Assembly (NCBI GenBank): GCA_016748015.1
Contig: JAAOMT010000441.1
Location: forward strand, 310,001 to 374,000
Origin: Geosiphon pyriformis uo1
Lineage: Eukaryota; Fungi; Glomeromycota
Length of the DNA: 64,000 nt
Direction of reading: 5' to 3'
A model generated the notes under the pieces. The model searched no databases, was not told where the DNA came from, and saw only the letters and a program-made list of their open reading frames with translations. Made by a program: the position numbers and the translations under genes. Shown piece by piece: positions 51,776-61,498 of this stretch. The stretch's first letter is position 1. Every line of letters begins with the position of its first letter.

Positions 51776-52755
51776 TGTTACCAGTAGAATTTTAGCTATT
51801 AATTAGCATGAAATTACCATTATAATTCCTATAATTAATTAGTATATTAATATTATTTCAAATTATTATTTGGCAAACTTTTAAATGTTACAAAGTTCAG
51901 AGTATTGTGTAATTTGATCATCTTACTTTTTGTTATACTAATTAGATTATTTAATTGAATCGTGATATGTGATAATTGATTAAATAATAAAATTTATAAA
52001 AAATTCACCGAAATTTATAGAAATTCGCCAAAATTATGAATAGTTCATCCAAATTAATCAATAGTTCAGTGAAATAACTTGTAGTCCATCAAAATGTATC
52101 TTTAGTTTGCTGAAATTTGAGCAAAGCAAGTTCATAAACTAGTACTACAACAAGTTGTATAAAAGAAGAGCTTTTTTTTCAAGAAAATGTATCTTACTTT
52201 AGATTTATTACTTAGAACTATTTCTACACACACAAGAAGAAAAAAAATATCAAATAATTCGAAAAACCAAATTCTTTAATTATTGCATTTGGAAAATTCC
52301 CAAAACCCAACTAACATTTTGAAATTGATTAGCTACCAATTTCAGTAAACTGTTAGTGACTCCAGGCCTGAATAGAAAACGTTTCTCTTGACAGAATTCA
52401 ATTTCTTTTACATTTCTTTTTTTTTTTTTTATTTTCTTATTACAATTATTAGGGTAGCCTACAGACAAGATTTCTGTAGAAGAGTTGATTTTCACAGCAA
52501 AGTAACTATACATTTTTAGTGAGCTTTCAGACAAGCAATTCCTGGAAAAGAGTTAACATTTACTACAACATAACTACATAAAGTAACTGGCAAGGAATTG
52601 GCCATTCCACTTATAAGCCCAGCAGTTCAAATTATAGGAAATAATTTGAAGATAAATTCAGTTATTGGAGGTTCAACTACTTCTAGAAAACGTGAATTTG
52701 CAACCAACAGACAATTACAACATTCAAGAAAAAAGACCAAAAATCTTTGGTAACA
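51776..52755 (+). mobile_element. Solo LTR (980 bp)
   Basis: 8-bp terminal inverted repeat TGTTACCA...TGGTAACA; TSD TTGG (51772-51775)/CTGG (52756-52759); TATAAAAG at ~52158. Confidence 0.88.
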
Positions 52756-53768
52756 CTGGTTTTAAAAGCAAAACAATTATCTTCTGTAGTATTATCTATT
52801 CTTAAGAACTGAGCTGACCAAATAGATACTGATTCATCTTTTCTTCTGGTTTCTGGTGCTGTTGCTAGTAATGCTTGGAAAACTATTGCAAGTTATTAAA
52901 GATTTGCTGAGTGGATAGCCTCTACTTTGGTGCCTGGTGCTACTTTCAAGATTAAATTGGCTTATGTTAAGACTGTTTTTTAGTCTGTACATGGTTTTTT
53001 GAGTGCAAAGTTAATATTAAAAGACAATATAAAGCTTTTTTGTATAAAGTTTGCTTTTTAAGTATCTTTGGAAGCTGTATTTTTAGTTAAGCTTACAAGT
53101 TTTGTTCATTTAATTATCTTTAAAATTGCCAAGTCTTTGGTGGTTTCTAAGTCTGGTTCTTCTTTTGCTACTGTTGTGCTGCATAATATGCCTTTAGATA
53201 TGTTTGCTGTTGACATTAAGACAGTTCTCAGTATGTTTGATAGTATTGTTTATATTGTGCTAAAGCCTGCTGGTATTTGGCAATATGTGGTTGTTTATTT
53301 TGAGAAATTAGATTTTGCTGTATCTACTTTAGATTATTGGTTAGTTTTGATAAGCAAAGATAGTGTTAGGGTCTTTTTTTTGGTAAATTAGAATGAGACT
53401 ATTCTGTCTTATGATAGGTTTAAGGCCAAACTAGTCAACCTTTTTTCTGGCTGTACTGCTTTTAAAATCAGTGATATAGTTTCTTAGGTTGGTGGTCAGA
53501 CATGTTTTATTCCTCACTCTCCTAATTCTGGTTATTGTTCCCAGTTTGCTTTAGTTATTTTTGGATTTTAAGTTGATCTGAATGCTGTTATTATTAAGAC
53601 TGGCATATTAAAAAAGTATTGTATCTGGTAAGAAACACTTGGTTGTTAACACTGTTTTAAGTATTAAAAAATAGGCTATTTGACTGTAAATTGTAAAATG
53701 TTTGTGTTTTTTTTCCCCAAGATTTCCAAGACATTTACACCACACTTTGTTGGTTTTAAGTTTTATGC

Positions 53769-54445
53769 TGTTATGATTGAAACCCATAATTTTTATTAGT
53801 TATCACATGTATTTGCCACTGATGTTATATAATTAGCCACTCTATTTTTAGATAGTGATCATTGACCTGATCAATGACTTGATTGTTGACCTAATCAATA
53901 ACCTGATCATTGACCTAATCATTGACTACTTTCATTAGCTATATAAGCAATAAGTCTCTTAGCTATAGAAAATCATCTTTCAGACAAGAATCAAATAAAT
54001 AAAATAACAAATTTCATTTCAATTACTCTTTTATCGCTAATTTCCTTTTTCCTACCTTCAAGTATCCAAACATCTTAGGATAAAAGATTACTTGTTGGCC
54101 TTTTCTTGATGTATATAATTGTAGTATTTGAAAATTATTTGAATAAACGTAACTGAAAAGCACAAGTTGATACCTAATATTGAATTCTAAGAGTGCCGAT
54201 GTGAGGCATAGAATTATATCAGTGGTGATCAATTGTTGACAGTATGGACTATCCTTCTACCTTCAGATTCCCCAGTTACCTTTGAAAAAAATAGCAACTG
54301 AGATATTTATGAGACTGATCTCACATATTGAATCCATACTCATTTAATTCACTCTTTAAAGTTGAATTCCTATTTGATTATTTCTATTATTCTACAATCT
54401 TGTTCTCCCTTGCTATCCATTAGCTTGTTACTCCAACCTGTAACA
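53769..54445 (+). repeat. 5' LTR (677 bp; six 12-bp U3 units)
   Basis: TGTTAT...GTAACA; direct repeat of 60762-61498. Confidence 0.95.
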
Positions 54446-54451
54446 TAAAAG

Positions 54452-54470
54452 TGGTGCTCCCTGTAAGGTT
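54452..54470 (+). promoter_or_regulatory. Primer-binding site, probably elongator tRNA-Met
   Basis: TGGTGCTCCCTGTAAGGTT lies 6 nt after the LTR and begins with TGG (complement of CCA). It resembles the complement of eukaryotic elongator tRNA-Met 3' ends as recalled from memory. Confidence 0.7.
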
Positions 54471-54497
54471 GTCAAAATTCACTTATTCCCTCATTGT

Positions 54498-56042
54498 ATG
54501 GGTAATTACTTATATCTGCCACAGCAATCAAAAGAACACTTTGCAGCACACAACAGAAATGATCTAGATTTTATTGAACTTAATTCTCTGCCCTTTTGCT
54601 TGATCTGCTTTCCCTTTAAAGAACAATCCAGTAGACAATTCCAAGACTTTTAGAACTGGTTCCTGAACGAGCATTTAGCTGAAACCTACACAGCTTATAC
54701 AACCTATTACTTTGACCAAGCTTATTTTGAAAACAATTTTAAAGAAAAAAACAACAGTATCAATCAGCTCTTATATTCTGCAATCTTTGAACAACAGCCC
54801 CTTGATTTCGAATATCTGAATCATCAAATCCACATTTAGATTGCTGCCTATCAAGCAACTGAAACTCTCTTTGAAACAGAAGAAGAAAGCTACCAAACTG
54901 CCTCTGTTTTTGACTTTTTATCAAGCAAATCAGACTCATCTACACAAACAGTTACCCCTAAACCAATGGCTAATGACCTCATGCAAGCAAACATTCTGGC
55001 TGCCCTCCAAGGTATACAAATTGCTCTAGGAAGAAGAAACAATACCCCACTACCACTATTTAGAGGTGATGCATAAGATCCAATTGAATGGTTAGATGAT
55101 TTTGAGAGAGCTGCCACAGCCAACCAGTATGATAAAAAATACAAGTTCCAAATCGTTGGTGGCTACCTCCAAAGCTCTCCTGCTACCTGGTTCTCACAAG
55201 AAACAGATGCCAATGCTTAACACAGAATAATTAGATGGACACTAATTAATGCTGGAAAAGAAAATATCTCTTTTACTACCTGATTTGAGGCCAAGTTCAG
55301 AACCCCAATATTAATAACCAAATGGTGCATAGAATTGGAAAGAAGAATCCAAGGCCCTGGAGAAGTAGTGACTGAATATGCCAAAGCTATTAGAAAGCTA
55401 ATCAAACGTGTAGACTCTGGGAGAAACTAGACAGAAGAACAAAAAATTCATTCCTTCACAAAAGGATTGAGAACCAATTTATCTTATGCTCTTTGGTCTC
55501 TCTTGGTCCTAAAAAACAACCCTACAATAGACATGGCCATTGAACTTGCCCAATGAATTGAAGACAACCAAAGAATACATTTGGGATCTACACTTCCAGT
55601 TTTTGCTCCTGCTCCTGCCTCTCAAATGGCTGCTGCTTCTTTTGCTGCCCAAACTCAAGATCCAAATGAACAATTAATTGATAGACTCACAGCCAATCTT
55701 GTCTGGTTATTAGAATCTTTGGCACAAGCAGTCAAAGATAACCAGCAACTACCAAGACCTAGATACGAACTTCATTTTAACCAGCCCCAGCAATCTTCCT
55801 ATCAAAAACAGCAAAATCGTGGCCCACCTGTGTGCTATTGTTGTGGATTAACTGGACATTATTCAAGAGATTGTAACAATCCTCTACTGCCTCCTCTAGC
55901 TTCCAGAAACAATGACAACCAAAACAACAGACCCAACAACAACAACAATGTCCCCAATCAAAGACCCAATCATGCCAACATTAATTTCTTTGGAGAGGAT
56001 CCCCTAGTTGAAGCCACTATTTATCAGCCTTTAAACTGGTAG
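54498..56042 (+). pseudogene. gag: Gypsy gag (capsid-like + CCHC nucleocapsid)
   Basis: Single frame with several stops; PLFRGDA*DPIEWLDDFE, QGPGEVVTEY, CYCCGLTGHYSRDC. The start may instead be the ATG at 54966. Confidence 0.88.
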
Positions 56043-56068
56043 GTGCACCTCCAAAAGGTGAGAGTGCA
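56030..56068 (+). promoter_or_regulatory. -1 programmed ribosomal frameshift signal (T TTA AAC + stem-loop)
   Basis: In-frame X XXY YYZ heptamer at 56030-56036, gag stop at 56040-56042, hairpin at 56044-56068; the -1 frame is open into pol. Confidence 0.8.
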
Positions 56069-59000
56069 AGCCAACCAGAAGAAAACTCTTTTTACGCTTT
56101 TAACTTAACTGATGATGACCATAACATGGATGAACTAGCAATCAATCCTTCTGAATCCACAAGAAAGAAGAAGAAAGCCAAAGTTGATTTTGTTCTGGAC
56201 CCCAATAAAGCTTTTATATCAACTGCTGACAACAATGAGCCCCCAAAAGCCAAAGTTTTCAAGAACTCTTCAAAGTTAGAACCCCCAGAAATAGTACAAA
56301 AATTCGGCCCCTATTCTGTTGTCAAAGACCTCATGGAAACCCCAGCACATATAATCTTTGGCCAATTGATGACCCATCCACAATTCAGAAAAGATCTTCA
56401 CAAATCTCTAATTCCAAAGAAAAAAACACCCAAAACCAACAAATGCCCTCGCCAAGCTGGACTTGCTGACAATAGCAATGTCACTCCTCTAATTTGCAAA
56501 GCCCAAGTGGCTGGCTACTTTATCAATTTGATCCTAGACAGTGGATTATCTGTTAGTGTTATTGCTAAACACTTTTTTGAAGCAATTGGCAGAAAAATTG
56601 ATGAACCATCTACACAACCAATGACCAATGTGCATGGTGATAAGAAGAAAGGGCTTGGCATAGCCAAAGCTATTTCTATCCGCATCAATAGCATCAGCAT
56701 TGAAACTGATATGGAAGTATCTGAAGCAAAAAAATACACCATCATTGTTGGCAATAAATGGCTCAAGAAAGCAAAAGCTTTGCTTGATTATAAACTCTGT
56801 GAACTAATCATCAGATGTGGTGAGAAACCCATTGTGGTTAAATGTTATTATTGGACAACTCCCCCAGTATCCAAGCAGAGCCCAGAAGAAAATGAATCAG
56901 ACAAATCAGATGATGAAGAAAGTGAGGAAGAAGAAGAACAAGAAGAAACTGCTGAACTCGCCTATACCATCTTCACCAGCAATGGCAAACCACTGAATAA
57001 TGTCAAGGCAGATAAAGAAAGAATCATTGTTAATGACAAGCTGATCTGCTAGCCTTATTATGACATGCTCAGAAGAACCTTTGACAGAAAGCCAGACAAG
57101 AAAGCCAAATACAGTTATTGGTGGCATGGTCCTTGTGCCCGGTGCTGATACAACAAACCATTGTATTCTCCAAGCGATGAATGCAAATCATGCCTGATCT
57201 ATTACAGAGATTGGGAACCAATCAGTTTGATACCCAGAGAAGAATTGAAAGAAGTACAGAAGTTCTTTGAGAATGAACCACCTGAGATCCAATCATTGAT
57301 TGTGGAACAAAAAAAATCCTCCCCAGAAGAAAGAAAAATAGACATTGAAAATTTGCTGGCTAGAAACAGTCCAGTTATCTTAAAAGAAGGTGAACCTTCT
57401 GGATGTATACATATGATACAACACACTATCATCACCAGAGAAACTTGTCCCATCCATTTGAAGCCCTATCAATCTAACTGGCGCAATGATGAATTTATCA
57501 AAAAAGAAATAACCCGAATGAAAAATCTTGGATTCATACAGGAAACCAAGAGTGAATGGGCATTCCTGGTTGTAGTGGTATCCAAGAAAGGAGAAACCCT
57601 ACACTTTTGTGTTGACTATCGCTAATTAAATGCCATTACTGAAAGAGACATGTACCCACTTCCCAAGATTGATACAATGCTAGACCAATTCTATGGTGCT
57701 GCTTTCTTCTCAACCATTGACTTAACTGCTGGATTCTGGCAAGTAGAGATGAATCCAGAAAGCAGAAAAAAAACTGCCTTTATCACCAAGTATGGCACCT
57801 ATGAATTCACAGTCATGTCTTTTGGTCTCACAAATGCTTCTCCCATCTTTCAACACTTAATAGACAAAGTATTTGAATCAGTAAATGAAAACTTTGTTCT
57901 AGTTTACTTAAACGACATAATGGTATACTCAAAAACCTGGAATGAACACCTTGAATATTTGCAAAAGGTTTTTAATCTCCTTAGAAATGTTGGCCTCAAG
58001 ATCAATCCAATCAAATCATTCTTTGGACGTCAATCCACCCAGTTCCTTGGCCATCTTATTACAAAAGATGGAATCTTCCCTAATCCAGCCAAAATTGAAA
58101 AAGTTTAAAACATTAGACAACCAATGAATGTTCATGAACTATGCTCTTTTTTTGGTTTGGCCTCTTATTATCACAAGTTTGTCAAAGATTTCTCCAAAAT
58201 TGCCACTTCTCTTAATTAGCTACTTAAAAAAAACATCAATTATCACTGAGGCACTCATCAACAAAAAGCATTTGAAATTCTAAAGGAAAAACTGGTTACA
58301 GAACTTATTCTCATGCAACCTAATCTGGATCGACCTTTTATCTTCCATACTGATACATCTGGCTATGGACTTGGTGCTATTCTTTTCCAGAAAGATGAAA
58401 ATGGCAGGAAACATGCCATAGCATATGCCAGTAGAACTCTTACACCAGCGGAAAGGAATTACTCAGTCACTGAACAAGAATGCTTAGCAGTAGTTTGGGC
58501 TACCAGCTACTGGAACAAATATCTTAAGGGTGTGAAATTTTTGGTGGTAACAGATCACCAAGCTTTGGTTTGGCTACACAACAAAAAAAACCTGGAACAT
58601 AAACAAATAACTTGCTGAATACTCCACTTGAATGAATTCGACTATGATAGTCAACATCACAAAGAAGCTAATCATCAAAATGCTGACACTCTCTCCAGAC
58701 TTACCATCCAGTGACAGAACAACTCTCTTAAACCAAACCAACTTAATTATTAGTAATTCCCCTTTTTGACAAACACGATAATAGACTTGGACAACTACTC
58801 TGCCTTAATGGAATTTTTGGATAAAGGACAATACCTGCCGGACTATACTCGACAGCAAAAAGAACATTTGCACAAACAATCAAATTTCTATTTGATTTGC
58901 CAGAACCAGTTATATAAAAGAAATAGAAAAGATCCTGACTGCCCCCAGAGAGTCATTAGATTTGAAGAAAGAGAAATTGTGATCTACAATATGCACACTG

Positions 59001-60094
59001 ATTCATTAGCTGGACACTTTGGAAAAACAAAAACAATTCAGAAAACTTTAGCTTGCTATTATTGACCTACCTTGGGAAAAGACATTGCTGAATACATCAA
59101 AACCTGTAATACCTGCCAAAGAAGAGGAAAACCCAATCACAAGGAAGATATCCATCCAATTTTTGTTGGTCAACCATTTGACAAAATTGGTATAGATGTT
59201 GTTAGACCTTTAACAATAACTCCTGATGACAACAGATACATTATCACAGCTACCAATTATCTTACAAAGTGGGTAGAAGCAAGAGCCACTCCAGACCAAA
59301 CAGCAGTTTCAATAGCCAATTTCATTTATAAAGATATCATTTGTCACCATGGCTGCCCCAAAGAACTTTTATTTGACAGAGGAAGAGCTTTTCTCAGTAC
59401 ATTTGTTGAAAAACTTTGCAGAAAAATGGGAATACATCACAAACTTTCCTCTTCTTATTACCCCCAAACAAATGGCCTAGTGGAACATTTCAATAGAACA
59501 TTATGTGAAACTCTAGCCAAAACCAGCGAAGAAACAAACTTATGAGACAAAGTACTGCCTTCAGCTTTGTTTGCTTATAGAACTGTGAATCATAACATAA
59601 CAAGTTATGAACCCTTTTATCTACTCTATGGACAAATGACAACCCTACCAATAGAAACTGACATTGAGACAATACTCTTTGAAGAAATAACAATAGGGTA
59701 TTACAAAGACATTTTGCAAAAAAGACTTGGTACTATTCTTGACTCATTAGTAGAAGCACAGATAATTGCCTTTGAAAAGATAAAACAATTCCAAGAGAAG
59801 CTTAAGAAAAAGAAAACATATAAAACACTTTTCTTAAGTGTTGGTGACTTAGTTTTAGAATACCGTTCAGACAGAGACAATGTCTATAATGATAAATTCT
59901 CTAGCTAGTGGAAAAAACCCTTTATAGTCAACAAAGTTTTGAACAATGGTTTTTATATCTTACAAGATCAATATGGAACAATCTTCAATGATCACCCTGT
60001 TCATGGCACACGACTCAAGAAATATCACAAACGACCTGATTGGTTACCTGTTGTGGTAATACTGACCCAAATGATCAACAAAAATCAGATATAA
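56030..60094 (+). pseudogene. pol: Gypsy pol: protease, RT, RNase H, integrase
   Basis: LILDSG; FCVDYR, YPLPKID, FGLTNA, YLND (decayed YLDD); TDTS, ECLAVV, TDHQAL, ADTLSR; H-x6-H...CNTC, IDVV, D-x35-E; WKKPF (decayed GPF). All fragments are in one frame. Confidence 0.95.
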
Positions 60095-60135
60095 ATAAAT
60101 GCACTATTCTTAAAACAAAGGTATCTTCAATCAAC

Positions 60136-60792
60136 ATGAACAATTATTTTCTAGATCAAAACATTCAAAATGCTTTCTACACTCTCCATGAGTACTGGAT
60201 CAAAAATTATCCAAATACTACTCTGACCATTAGAAAACAAACCACCATAACTGATAATAATGGAACACATACTGTTATTAGACCAAAAAAAACCACTACC
60301 AGAAGAGAAAAAATTGGTAGCAAAATGGATAAGTATTTGCTGGAAAGCATAACAGCAACAATACTTACACCTTCCATGACAATTGGAAAAACGATTAAGG
60401 AAATCTTGCTCATAAACAAAAACTTGTCATATGGAAGGCAACTAGAACTCTATGGTTGTCTTGGTGAAATCATAGAAGAAATGAAACTCATGAAGAAAAC
60501 AACTTCAGAGATATAAATAGAAATTTTGGGCATTATATGTTTAAATGTCTCAAGAGTTTTGACTATTGCAAGAAGAACCAAAACTCTTATACAAAGATTT
60601 GGTCTCTTGGATACAAAACTTATTTTGCCTCAAGTACTATATACTCTATTCACAAAAGACTTCAACAAACTAGTTAGTTTTGAGTTAGACAAAACCCTTC
60701 AATTAGAATACTCTATAAATAGCTTGATTTCACTGGAGCTCAATCTCTTTGGAGAGGATAATGTTATGGTTGAAACCCATAATTTTTATTAG
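60136..60792 (+). pseudogene. Extra ORF3 of the Gypsy element (~218 codons, one internal TAA), unknown function
   Basis: ORFs 60040-60516 and 60526-60792 share a frame; ATG at 60136; runs through the PPT into the 3' LTR. Confidence 0.6.
60751..60761 (+). promoter_or_regulatory. Polypurine tract
   Basis: GGAGAGGATAA immediately before the 3' LTR TG. Confidence 0.85.
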
Positions 60793-61498
60793 TTATCACA
60801 TGTATTAGCCACTGATGTCATATAATTAGCCACTCTATTTTTAGATAGTGATCATTGACCTGATCAATAACCTGATTGTTGATCTGATCATTGATCTGAT
60901 CAATGACCTGATTGTTAACCTAATCAATGACCTGATCATTGACCTAATCATTAACCTAGTTGTTGATCTGGTTGTTGACCACTTTTATTAGCTATATAAG
61001 TGATGAGTCTCTTAGCTATAAAAAATCATCTTTCAGACAAGAATTAAATAAATAAAATAACAAATTTTATCTCAATTACTCTCTTATCACTAATTTTCCT
61101 TTTCCTACCTTCAAGTATCCGAACATCTTAGAATAAAAGATTACTTGTTGGCCTTTTCCTGATGTATATAATTGTAGCATTTGAAGATTATTTGAATAAA
61201 CATGACTGAAAAGCACAAGTTAATATCTGATATTGAATTCTAAGAGCACCAACGTGAGGCATAGAATTATACCAGTGGTGATCAATTGTTGACAGTATGG
61301 ACTATCCCTCTACCTTCAGATTCTCCAGTTACCTTTGAAAAAAATAGTGACTGAGATATTTATGAGACTGATCTCACACATTGAATCCATACTCATTCAA
61401 TTTGCTCTTTAAAGTTGAATTCCCATTTGATTATTTCCATCACCCTACAATCTTGTTCTCTCTTGCTATCTATTAGCTTGTTACTCCAATCCGTAACA
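60762..61498 (+). repeat. 3' LTR (737 bp; eleven 12-bp U3 units)
   Basis: TGTTAT...GTAACA; 60 bp longer than the 5' LTR because of five extra units. Confidence 0.95.

Larger units (their letters stand above)
53769..61498 (+). mobile_element. Full-length Ty3/Gypsy LTR retrotransposon (7730 bp), inactivated, no chromodomain seen
   Basis: Two LTRs, perfect ATGC TSD (53765-53768 / 61499-61502), PBS, PPT, gag and PR-RT-RH-IN order. Confidence 0.97.

Noticed and set aside
58712-58790. Separately encoded integrase ORF
   Set aside because: Same frame as RNase H; the intervening TGA/TAG/TAA codons are explainable by C>T decay, although a consensus is needed to be sure.
60136-60792. Calling Gypsy ORF3 an env gene
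   Set aside because: No signal peptide or transmembrane anchor is evident, and it is short.
60846-60980. CRISPR-like array
   Set aside because: Contiguous 12-bp units with no spacers, inside a eukaryotic LTR.
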